Shown here piece after piece: positions 21,504 to 30,847 of a DNA stretch of 64,000 nucleotides (positions are counted from its first letter, which is position 1; the number at the start of each line of letters is the position of its first letter). The position numbers and the translations under genes are program-made. Under the pieces are notes generated by a model. That model did not search any database. It worked only from the letters and a program-made list of their open reading frames with translations, and was not told the origin of the DNA. Source of the stretch: an uncultured Gemmatimonadaceae bacterium (GTDB lineage Bacteria > Gemmatimonadota > Gemmatimonadetes > Gemmatimonadales > Gemmatimonadaceae); the NCBI GenBank assembly GCA_963740355.1, contig CAVUDW010000002.1:864001-928000 (forward strand). The letters are read 5' to 3'.

Positions 21504-21922
21504 TGTCACGTGAACGAGGTGACGCGAAGATGTCGCGTCTGAGAGCACGCAGTGGGTTCACGATGGTGGAAGTGATCGTGGCCTCGGTGATCCTCGGCGC
21601 GGCGTTGCTCGCGATGGCGGGCTTCACGGTGCGATACCAACAGGTGGATGCCAAAGCCCGCTTCGTGAGCAAGGCGCAGCAAGCAGCCAACGAGCGGCTG
21701 GAGAAGGTGCGCACGGCGCAGCCCTACCTCTCGCTCGATACGATGGCGACCACTGAGAGCACCATCAGCGGCCTGCCGGGCTACTCACGCACGACCATCG
21801 TCACGCGCGTGGGCGGTTCGGCGACGGACACGGTCGACTATCGGATCGTGACCGTCCGCGTCACGACGCCGAATGGCGTGGCTGGAACGATCTCGAAAAC
21901 CTCGATGGTGGGGGCATTCTGA
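21500..21922 (+). CDS. Type IV minor pilin, PilV/GspI-like
   Basis: RSG|FTMVEVIVA; start 21500 (ATGA overlap) or 21530. Confidence 0.85.
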   Translation: MMSRERGDAKMSRLRARSGFTMVEVIVASVILGAALLAMAGFTVRYQQVDAKARFVSKAQQAANERLEKVRTAQPYLSLDTMATTESTISGLPGYSRTTIVTRVGGSATDTVDYRIVTVRVTTPNGVAGTISKTSMVGAF

Positions 21923-23091
21923 TGTCACGCATTCAGTTGGGTCACCCTCGAAAGGGTGCACAGCGGGCCGGCTTCACGACACTCGAGTTGCTGGTGGCAA
22001 TGTCGGTCACCCTGGTGATCATCGCGGTTGCAGCGCCGCTATACAGTGCGCAGACCAAGGCGGTCAACAACACGGCCGGCCGCACCGATGCCACACGCTC
22101 AGCCAGCTTCGGTGTCGATGCCATCGACCAGGACCTGCGCAACACAGGCGTCGGCGTTTTCGATGGCCAGCCCTTGATCGTGCGTGGCGCCCCCAATGCG
22201 GTCACGTTCAACGCCAACATGGTGACAGCGCGCTCGAACGACCTCGTGGCGGTGTTCTTCGACCCCGACGCCGACAGCACGGCGCTCGGCTCGCTCAACA
22301 CCTCGACCACGGTCACGCTGCCGAATTCGTCGATCACCTATCCGGCCGCGACCTACGTCAGCAATGCCGAGACGATCAGCTATTACACGAAGTCGGACAC
22401 CGGTGTCTCACCGCTGTCCGATGGGCAGCGTGTGGTGCTCTACCGGCGCGTGAATCGCATGCCGGAGGAGATCATTGCGCGCAACCTGATCCAGACCTCC
22501 AGCGTCCCGGCCTTCCGCTATTACAAGCGCAGCCTGTCTGGCGTGCTCACTGAATATTCGGCCAGCTCGCTGCCGCTCTATCACAGCGTCCCGAAGCATG
22601 CCACCGCCCCTGACAGCGGTGCGGCCGCTGCCGTCGATTCGGTGGCGGTTGTCCGCGTGAGCCTGATCGCGATGTACAAGGATCCGCGCGGCGCGACCGT
22701 GCTCGACACCGTGCAGCGCAATATTCGCATCGCGAACCAGGGGTTGCTCCAGCGCGCCCAGTGCGGTGAGATCCCGATCACCCCAGGCCAGCCGACGCTC
22801 AGCATCGTGCCGATCGCCGGCCTCAATTCGGTGAAGCTGGTGTGGTCGGCCAGCACCGACGAACTGACCGGTGAGCGCGACGTGGAGATGTACGCCGTGT
22901 ACCGCCGCCTCTTCGGGACGGTGGACTGGGGCGAGCCCCTTGCCAACGTGCCCGGTGCTGGCGTTGCGACGCTGCAGTACACCGACAACACCGTCGCACC
23001 CGGCACGAAGTACGACTATGCAATCTCCGCGCTCGACTGTACGCCCGCGCCGTCGGCGTTGACGGCATTTTCCTCGATCCTGGTGCCATGA
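21922..23091 (+). CDS. Type IV minor pilin, PilW/GspJ-like, with C-terminal FN3-like domain
   Basis: RAG|FTTLELLVAM, IDQDLRNTG, C-terminal LVW...YAVYRR...YTD..V.PG..YDY. Confidence 0.85.
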   Translation: MSRIQLGHPRKGAQRAGFTTLELLVAMSVTLVIIAVAAPLYSAQTKAVNNTAGRTDATRSASFGVDAIDQDLRNTGVGVFDGQPLIVRGAPNAVTFNANMVTARSNDLVAVFFDPDADSTALGSLNTSTTVTLPNSSITYPAATYVSNAETISYYTKSDTGVSPLSDGQRVVLYRRVNRMPEEIIARNLIQTSSVPAFRYYKRSLSGVLTEYSASSLPLYHSVPKHATAPDSGAAAAVDSVAVVRVSLIAMYKDPRGATVLDTVQRNIRIANQGLLQRAQCGEIPITPGQPTLSIVPIAGLNSVKLVWSASTDELTGERDVEMYAVYRRLFGTVDWGEPLANVPGAGVATLQYTDNTVAPGTKYDYAISALDCTPAPSALTAFSSILVP

Positions 23092-25097
23092 TGCGTCTCT
23101 CTTCACGACATCCGAAACGCCGCAGCGCTGCGCGCCCGGCTGATCGCCGAGGAATGGCGATCATCGTCACGTTGATCCTGACCGTTGCACTCGGCGCGTT
23201 GGCGCTGTCGGCGGTGTATCTCGCCAGCGGCACGAAGATGGGCATCGCCCTCTCGAACCGCGCGACCGACCTGCAGTACGCGGCAGATGCGGCGCTGCAG
23301 ATGGGCAAGAGCTACGTCAACGCCGATCCCGATGCGATGCCAGAGACGGGTTATCGCGAGATCACGTTCAACGGTGGCGTGCTGAAGGACGCCAGCGGGA
23401 CGGACCTTCCGGGCGTGAACGTGAAAGTGTGGGCGGGCCCAACTGGTGCAACGACCGGCCAGTTTGGCGCCTTCGGCTCGATCATCGCGCAGGCCACTGA
23501 CCAGACGGGCGCCAAGGTGGTGCGTCGCCTCGAGCTGGCGCAGGAAAACTTCGCACGCTTCGCGTACTGGTCGAATCGCGAGACGAACGGCGTCGGACCG
23601 ATCTGGTTCGGCGGCGGCGACGTGATCTTCGGCCCGACCTGGTCGAACGACACGGTACGCATCAACAGCAAGGGATCCCTGCCGTTCGCGGCGCAGTTCC
23701 GCGACGACTTCGGCACGGCGAAGATCATCATCCAGGCTGATCAGGGCGACTTCTGGAAGGGCTACACGCAGAACGCAAAGCCGATCACCATGCCGGCGCC
23801 TGCCGCGTTGTCGAACATGCCGACGTATGCTGCCAGTGGGCGCATGAACTTCAACGCGCCGTCGAACGGCGATGAGAAGACGGCCCGCATGCGCATCGAG
23901 TTCGTCAACATCGACATCGACGGCGACGGCAGCGACACCGATCCGCAGGATGGATTCATCCGCGTGTACATGCTCAATGGCGGATCGCCAGTCGAGTGGG
24001 TGCGTGGTGACGAAGCCGTGGGTGGCTCAGCGACGGACGTCATCACGCGCAAGGGTTTGTGCGGCGAGTGGCTTCGCGTGGGCGGCGTTGACCGCTTCTT
24101 CAGCGGAACGGCGCATGAAAGCACGACGATTCGCACCTGGTTGATGCTGCCAGTGCTCGCTGGCGGCCTCGGATGGTCGTCGGCAACCGCCACCAGCTTC
24201 GGCTTCACGAATGGCGCCGCGATGTCGAACACGCAGATCCGCGACATGCTTTCCCGCGACGGCACGATGGCGGTCGGCAACCGCTCGCAGTGCTTCCTCG
24301 GTGGCGCACCGGAACTGAACCCAGGCGTTGCGCCGCCCTACGGCGGTACCGCAACCACCTTCAAGAACTCCGATGCCTATGGCACCTGGCAGGCGTACGG
24401 CGGCGCGATCGACGCGCGCGTCTTGTTGCGCCGCCCGGCTGAAGCGGCCTACCTCTTCCCGCTCCATCGATCAGTGAACACCGGCGCGCGTGGCGTGATC
24501 AACGTCAATGGCACCACCGGCATCAGCGGCAAGCTGGTCGGACGCGTGACGCTGCATACGACGGGGACGATCGTCGTGCTCGACGACGTGACCTACGGCA
24601 CCAACCCAGCCACCACCGGGCGCTGCGTCGACGTGTTGGGACTTCTGTCGGACAAGGATGTCGTCGTGGCGGACAACATGCTGAACAACCAGACCGACGT
24701 CACGCCGGGTTCGAGCACGAACTACCGCATCGTGGACGACACCAAGGACCTCACGCTGCATTCGGTGGTGATGGCACTCAACACCTCGTTCCGTGTCGAG
24801 GACTACGCGGCTGGCCAGACGGCTGGCAACCCGTGTAATGGCAACGATCGTGGTCGCGGTTGTCTCGCGCTGCTTGGTGGCCTGATCCAGGAAGCCCGAG
24901 GTGCCGTCGGCACGACCAACGGCGCTGGTGGCGGTACTGGATTCGTGAAGCAGTACACGTACGACCGCTGCGCCAACCTGCGCCCACCGCCGTACTTCCC
25001 GACGACAGGACGCTACCTCGACAATCGATACATGGAAGTCGATCCGGTGACGTTCAACATCGGTACCCTGATGTCGAAATTGACACCGGCGCCCTGA
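23088..25097 (+). CDS. PilX/GspK-like minor pilin with large C-terminal domain
   Basis: RRG|MAIIVTLIL without Glu5, YAADAAL motif, 669 aa, C-terminal YD...PPYFP. Confidence 0.8.
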   Translation: MMRLSSRHPKRRSAARPADRRGMAIIVTLILTVALGALALSAVYLASGTKMGIALSNRATDLQYAADAALQMGKSYVNADPDAMPETGYREITFNGGVLKDASGTDLPGVNVKVWAGPTGATTGQFGAFGSIIAQATDQTGAKVVRRLELAQENFARFAYWSNRETNGVGPIWFGGGDVIFGPTWSNDTVRINSKGSLPFAAQFRDDFGTAKIIIQADQGDFWKGYTQNAKPITMPAPAALSNMPTYAASGRMNFNAPSNGDEKTARMRIEFVNIDIDGDGSDTDPQDGFIRVYMLNGGSPVEWVRGDEAVGGSATDVITRKGLCGEWLRVGGVDRFFSGTAHESTTIRTWLMLPVLAGGLGWSSATATSFGFTNGAAMSNTQIRDMLSRDGTMAVGNRSQCFLGGAPELNPGVAPPYGGTATTFKNSDAYGTWQAYGGAIDARVLLRRPAEAAYLFPLHRSVNTGARGVINVNGTTGISGKLVGRVTLHTTGTIVVLDDVTYGTNPATTGRCVDVLGLLSDKDVVVADNMLNNQTDVTPGSSTNYRIVDDTKDLTLHSVVMALNTSFRVEDYAAGQTAGNPCNGNDRGRGCLALLGGLIQEARGAVGTTNGAGGGTGFVKQYTYDRCANLRPPPYFPTTGRYLDNRYMEVDPVTFNIGTLMSKLTPAP

Positions 25098-25120
25098 CAG
25101 TACGACAACGACTGGAAAGC

Positions 25121-25162
25121 ACACGGCCCGGCGATGACTTCCATCGCCGGGCCGTGTCTTTT
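25121..25162. terminator. Intrinsic terminator between pilin cluster and tdk
   Basis: ACACGGCCCGGCGATG/CATCGCCGGGCCGTGT stem followed by CTTTT. Confidence 0.85.
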
Positions 25163-25181
25163 CAAGTTGGCGGAGCATGTA

Positions 25182-25796
25182 CTACAGCAGTGGCACCTGC
25201 GCCGCGTCGTCCCGCTCAACCCGATGACAGGCGCGACACCGCGCCTCGTACGACTGCTTCGCACCGACCATGATCGTCGGCGAATCCCATCGTGCGGGGC
25301 GGCCGTCGATCAGCCGCTGGTTGCGACTGGCCGGGTTGCCGCACAACACGCAGATCGCATGCAACTTGGTCACCTGCTCGGCCACCGCCATCAGCTGCGG
25401 CATGGCGCCGAATGGTTCACCGCGAAAATCAGTGTCCAGCCCCGCCAGGATCACGCGACGACCACGCTCGGCGAGTGCGGTCGCGAGCGAGATGATGCCG
25501 GCATCGAGAAACTGCACCTCGTCCACCGCCACCACCTGCGCCATCGGATCCAGCTTCTGTGCGATCTGCGACGCCGAATCCACCGGGATCGCCTCCAGGT
25601 CACGCCCGTCGTGACTGGAGACGTTGTACAACCCGGCATACCGATCGTCGAGATGGCTCTTGAACACCTGCACGCGCTTGCGGGCAATCGTCGCCCGCCG
25701 CACACGTCGCATCAGCTCTTCACTCTTGCCGCTGAACATCACTCCGGCGATCACCTCGATCCAACCGCCGGAGGATGTGACGAAGCCATCACTCAC
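25182..25796 (-). CDS. tdk: Thymidine kinase
   Basis: [32 protein letters not shown] zinc sites. Confidence 0.97.
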   Translation of the reverse strand: MSDGFVTSSGGWIEVIAGVMFSGKSEELMRRVRRATIARKRVQVFKSHLDDRYAGLYNVSSHDGRDLEAIPVDSASQIAQKLDPMAQVVAVDEVQFLDAGIISLATALAERGRRVILAGLDTDFRGEPFGAMPQLMAVAEQVTKLHAICVLCGNPASRNQRLIDGRPARWDSPTIMVGAKQSYEARCRACHRVERDDAAQVPLL

Positions 25797-25802
25797 GGTG
25801 CC

Positions 25803-28002
25803 TTACTCCTCCGTGCGCGGACCACGACGGGAATTCCGCAGACGCTCAGCGCGTTCGGCGAAATCGTTGCCTTCGGTCCGCGGGCCTGACGGGCGCTCGC
25901 TCTGGTCGCGCGTGAAGCCACGGCCGGTTGGTGCACCACCTTCACGCGGCGGACGGGCGAAACCACCGCTGCTCGGACGCGCCGGACGATCGCTGCGATC
26001 GAACGCGCCACTGCGCGGCGGACGCGATGACGAACGGTCATCGCGCGAGAATCCACCCTCGCGCGGCGGACGCGCCGGACGATCATCGCGGCGGCGCGCG
26101 CGGCGGGCGGCTGAAGCCACCGCTGCTCGGACGCGCCGGACGCTCATCACGCGAGAATCCACCGTCACGCGGCGGACGCGCCGGGCGATCATCGCGGCTG
26201 AAGCCACCCTCACGCGGCGGACGGGTGAAGCCACCGCTGCTCGGACGGGCCGGGCGATCATCGCGCGAGAACGACGGACGTGCCGGGCGATCGCCTTCAT
26301 CACGACGCGGATAGCCACTGCGCTCACGCGCTGGCGGTGCACCCTCGTCACGACGGAAGCTCGGACGTGCTGGACGGTCGCCGCGATCACGCGAGAAACC
26401 GCCGCTGGAGCGGTCGTTGCCACCGCGGCGCGGTGGGCCACCACGCGACGACGACGCAGCCTTGGAACCGCTCATCGGGCCGGCGCGATCGATGCGCGCA
26501 ATGACTTGACGGTTGCGCATCGTGCTGGCGTTCATCGCCGCCACGATCTGTTCTGCATACTGGCCCTGAACTTCCACCAGCGTGTGGCTGTCACGGAGGT
26601 CGATGCTGCCGACGACACTGCGATCAAGCCCGCTTTCACCGGTGATTGCGCCAACGAACGACGATGCCGTGGCGCCATCATCGTTGCCGATGTTGAACCA
26701 CAGAATCTGGAACTCAGGCGGCGGGCCCTCAGCGCGTGGTGCCGCTGCGGGTGTGGCGGCCGGCGCTGCAGTCGGAGCCGGCGCGGAGACTTCGCCGTGC
26801 GTCGCCGCGGATTCCTGGGCGGCGTTGGCGGCCAGCGCGCGCTTCACTTCCTTCGGCTGCGCGGTGGTGACGCCGATGCGCAGTGCCTTCGCCGTCTCGC
26901 GCTCACGCTCGAGCAGGCGCAGTGCGGCGGCCGCGATTTCCAGCGCGTCGCTGTCGTCGAGCAGCGGCTCCAGCGCGGCCAGCTCACGTGCACTGACCCC
27001 TTCCGCAAGAATCTTGCGCAGCTCGCCGAGGCGGGCGCCGTCGCGACCGACGGCGTGGGCCATCGTGTCGGGCAGGATGAAGTAGGTGAGCGAGCCACCG
27101 GTGAGCAGCGAGCGCAGGTGCGCAACCTGACGCGGCGTCACCAGCGCAATGACCTGCACCGGGTGTCCGCCCAGCGCCGCGTCGAGCGCAGCGCGCGTCG
27201 GGGGCACATCGTACAACACCCGCAATGAGCTGTGGACTTCGACTGGGCCGGCGGAGGCCTTCACGTCACCATTGGTGGTGTCGTAGCCAAGTGCGCGCAG
27301 GGCTGCGTGCGCTTCGGCCACCTGCTCCGCTTCCGGCGCGACGATGATCGCCGACGGGGCGTTCACTGCATCGAGCACGCGACGCAACGCAGCGGTGCGC
27401 GTCGAGGCGCTCACCAGCACGTACTGGATGCTGATCGGCGCGCTGCCTTCCGCCACTACATCATCACCCACACGACGCGGGCGCTTCATGTACGACTTGG
27501 CGAACGCCGTGACCGCCTCTGTCTCGCCGGCCATCGTCACCGTGCGGGCGATGTCCTTCGGCAGTTCGGTCATGAGCGTCGTGATCGACGGCTCGTCGGT
27601 CAGCGCCAAGGTGAGATCGGCCTGCAGCACGTACAGCTGCGAGACCTGATCCAGCTTGAGCAAGCCGCTCGGCAGCAACGCCGCGAGGTCGGATGGAGCA
27701 GCGACGATCGCGGCCGGCGGGTTGGCCATCAGGCGAGCGCCGCGCGCGGCGGAGGTCACCGGCACCAGCACCGGGGCGGCATCGCCGGCAGGCAGGACTG
27801 CCTGTGCGACAGCCAGCGCCGTATCAGCATCGGGAACGAGGACGAGCAGGTGCACGCCCGGCTCACCAGCGGTGAGGCGATCCAGCGCGGGCTGGACGAG
27901 CGAAACCATCGCCGCCACGGTGGGTGGGGCGGTCAGGACCACCTGCTGATTGCGGGTGACCTTCGGAGCGGACGGGGTGGCGGACGTATCAGCCTTGGGC
28001 AC
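25803..28002 (-). CDS. Degenerate DEAD-box helicase-like protein with DbpA RNA-binding domain and RGG/RD-rich tail; frameshift near 26090
   Basis: RecA-like layout with motifs decayed (TAPPT, LQAD); DbpA domain FNIGNDDG...GAITGESG...VGSIDL; tail continues in the 25803..26444 frame. Confidence 0.7.
25900..26400. repeat. Imperfect coding repeats (GGFSRDDRPARPPRE-type units)
   Basis: Multiple copies of CCACCGCTGCTCGGACG and GCGCGGCGGACG-like units. Confidence 0.75.
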
Positions 28003-28230
28003 GAGGGCCTCGGAGTGTTGCGAGAATCATTGATGCTGCCGGCGGGCCGACAGTCGGCGCGCAGAAACGGAGCTGGGATGTCAAACATCGAACTGCGCTG
28101 AATCCGTGGGGCGGGCGCGCCGGACGCAGCCTCGCGCCTGAACCGACCCTGGACACTCCGTTGCCGCCGGACTGTGGCGGATTAGCATACGGAAGCCCAA
28201 TAAGATACCCAGAAACCGTCCGCCGCCCAA

Positions 28231-29457
28231 ATGAGCCGCATGCCTGCCGAGTTCGCCCCCTCCCCGAACGTCGCCCAGCTTCGCCCCTCGGCGACCATCG
28301 CCGTCTCCGCCCGCGCCAAGGCGCTCAAGGCGCAGGGGCGTCAGATCATCGACCTCGGGGTCGGTGAGCCGGACTTCGATACCCCGGATTTCGTCAAGGC
28401 GGCGGCAGCACGCGCCGTGGCTTCGGGCCACACCAAGTACACCGCCACCGAAGGCATTCTCCCCCTGCGCGAGGCGATTGCGTCGCATGCGGCTGCCCGA
28501 TGGGCCGGACCGGTGGCAGACGCTCCGTCCGCCGCCGACGTCGTCGTGAGCAACGGCAGCAAGCAGACGCTCTTCAACGCCTGCTTCTGTCTCTTCGGCC
28601 CCGGCGACGAAGTCCTGATTCCGACGCCGGCCTGGACCAGCTATGTCGAGATCGTGGCGCTCGCCAAGGCGACCCCGGTGGCTGTGCTCGGTGATCCGTC
28701 CAACGGCTTCCAGGTCACGGTCGCCGATCTCGAGGCCGCCGCCACACCGCGGACCAAGGGCTTGATGCTCAACTCGCCCAGCAACCCCACCGGCGCGACC
28801 TGGGATGCCGCAGTGCTGAAGGAGATCCTTGAGTTTGCCCGCGCGAAGGGCTGGTGGGTGCTGAGTGACGAGATCTATCGTCGCATTTCGTACGAGACGC
28901 CCGCGGCCTCGGCGCTGGAACTGGTCACCGATCGCTCGAACCTCATCATCGTCGATGGCGTCGCGAAGTCCTATGCCATGACGGGTTGGCGCATCGGCTG
29001 GGCGGTTGCGCCGCGCGCGGTGGCGAAGGCGATGACCGATCTGCAGAGCCACACCACGTCGAACCCCGCCACGCCGAGCCAGTACGCTGCGCTGGCGGCG
29101 TTGACCGAGCGCGATGCGGCCGAGGAGAGCATCACGGCGATGGTCCGTGCATTCCGCAGCCGACGGGATGCCGCGATGGTGCTGCTGGACGAAGAAGGGG
29201 CCCCGCCGTACATCCATCCCTCCGGCGCGTTCTACTTCTTCATCGATGTCAGCGCCATCCCAAATGGTGGCGACGACGCGGGGACGGTGTTCGCGGCGGC
29301 GATGCTCGAGGAACACGGCGTCGCGATCGTGCCCGGTACAGCGTTTGGCACACCGGGATGGGTGCGCTTGAGCTATGCCGCCGCCGAAGCGGATGTGCTC
29401 GAGGCAGTCCGCCGCATCGTCAGCGCCTATCGCGCGATGATGTCGGTTCCGGCGTGA
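28231..29457 (+). CDS. PLP-dependent class I aminotransferase (aspartate aminotransferase-like)
   Basis: GEPDF, NSPSNPTG, SDEIY, KSYAMTGWRIG. Confidence 0.95.
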   Translation: MSRMPAEFAPSPNVAQLRPSATIAVSARAKALKAQGRQIIDLGVGEPDFDTPDFVKAAAARAVASGHTKYTATEGILPLREAIASHAAARWAGPVADAPSAADVVVSNGSKQTLFNACFCLFGPGDEVLIPTPAWTSYVEIVALAKATPVAVLGDPSNGFQVTVADLEAAATPRTKGLMLNSPSNPTGATWDAAVLKEILEFARAKGWWVLSDEIYRRISYETPAASALELVTDRSNLIIVDGVAKSYAMTGWRIGWAVAPRAVAKAMTDLQSHTTSNPATPSQYAALAALTERDAAEESITAMVRAFRSRRDAAMVLLDEEGAPPYIHPSGAFYFFIDVSAIPNGGDDAGTVFAAAMLEEHGVAIVPGTAFGTPGWVRLSYAAAEADVLEAVRRIVSAYRAMMSVPA

Positions 29458-29503
29458 CGCGTTCCGGACGCCACTTCTTCTTAAACTCCAGCCACCGCGG
29501 GCG

Positions 29504-29782
29504 ATGATCACGACGATCGTGCTGATTCAGGCCAATCCGATGACGATTCCGGTCACTGCGACGGCGCTCGCCGAGATTCGCGGCGTGGCCGAGGTCTATT
29601 CCGTCAGCGGTGCGTGGGACCTGGTGGCAATCGTGCGCGTGCCGGAGCTGGATGACATTGCCAATGTCGTCACCGAGGAGTTCACCAAGGTGCCGGGCAT
29701 CGTACGGACCCAGACGCTCACCGCATTCCGCGCCTACTCGAAGAAGGACCTCGAGCAGGCGTGGGACATCGGCGTGGAGTGA
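29504..29782 (+). CDS. Stand-alone Lrp/AsnC ligand-binding (RAM) domain protein
   Basis: VYSVSGAWDLVAIV...IVRTQTL; no HTH; 92 aa. Confidence 0.85.
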   Translation: MITTIVLIQANPMTIPVTATALAEIRGVAEVYSVSGAWDLVAIVRVPELDDIANVVTEEFTKVPGIVRTQTLTAFRAYSKKDLEQAWDIGVE

Positions 29783-30786
29783 GCACCGGCGTGCCGGCGG
29801 TCGGTCGCGCCGTCGACGCCGCCCGGAGTGCGTTACGTGCATCGCTGGGTGACCGGGTGCGCAGCGCCGGACCAGATCGAACCGAGGCGCTGGCGCAGGA
29901 TGGTGCACCGCTGATGCAGCACGCCGCTGTGCGCCTGCTCGGTGGCATCGTGACGGTGCAGGATGTCACGCCGCCAACTCGTGCCTCTTTCGAGGGATTT
30001 CTCGACGGCATCCAGCGGAGCACGACCATCGCCTACCTCGACGGTGTGCCGTTGTTGCATGGCATTGCGGCGGCGGCGATTCGCGAACGTGATCGCTCAG
30101 GGCGGATGACGACCTGGCGCGCGCCGATGATCGACTACGCCGTGTATGCCTCGCGTGCGTTGCTCGGTGACGACACCTGGGATGACGTCGAAGCGGTGCT
30201 CGAATCGCGTGGCCATGCGCTCCGGGATACCGACAACGCCCTGCCCGTGCCCTCGCGCCATCCCTCGTCACTGCTGCGACAGGCACTCGATTCGCTGTCG
30301 CGCGTGCGGAATGACATCGAGCGCGAGATGGGTGACGCGTGGTGTGATGCCCATGCGGAACGACCGCTCTACGTCGATGGCTCGGTGCGCACGAGCCACG
30401 CCATGATGCGGAGCCCGGGCGTGGTGGGCGTCGTGAAAAGTCACGCGACGCTCTATGTGCCCGACGATGCCCTGACCACGGTGTCCGCGCTCGACGCCGG
30501 CCAGCGCACCTCGGTCATTGCCGCGCTGGATGACGCCCAGCGGCCACGATTCTTCACCTGGTACCTGCGCCTGCGCAGCGCCGCTGGACGCGACCCCTTC
30601 TTCGGGTTGATTCGCGTCGAGTGCGGAGTGCGCGACGCATCCGACGCCGTCGCCGAGTCGCATGCCGATGTCGTCAGCGCGTGGTTGCTGGCAGAACGTG
30701 CACCGATCGCCAAGCCCGACGCGCGTTGGGACGTCATGCCGTACGCCATTCGTGATTGTGAAGTGTATCTGAGGGCGGTTGCGTGA
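29779..30786 (+). CDS. nurA: NurA-family nuclease
   Basis: FLDG..R, YVDGS, GVVKSH, WYLRL, GLIRVE and C-terminal D.RW...PYAI..CE..L; GTGA overlap; lies directly before herA. Confidence 0.75.
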   Translation: MSTGVPAVGRAVDAARSALRASLGDRVRSAGPDRTEALAQDGAPLMQHAAVRLLGGIVTVQDVTPPTRASFEGFLDGIQRSTTIAYLDGVPLLHGIAAAAIRERDRSGRMTTWRAPMIDYAVYASRALLGDDTWDDVEAVLESRGHALRDTDNALPVPSRHPSSLLRQALDSLSRVRNDIEREMGDAWCDAHAERPLYVDGSVRTSHAMMRSPGVVGVVKSHATLYVPDDALTTVSALDAGQRTSVIAALDDAQRPRFFTWYLRLRSAAGRDPFFGLIRVECGVRDASDAVAESHADVVSAWLLAERAPIAKPDARWDVMPYAIRDCEVYLRAVA

Positions 30787-30847
30787 CCACGCCGCGCCGT
30801 GCACCTGTCCATGGTCGTCCCGTGTTTTCCTGGAGTTGGATTTCGTC

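Noticed and set aside
25900..26400. Repeats as a possible CRISPR array
   Set aside because: Imperfect, codon-phased protein repeats with no unique spacers and no cas genes
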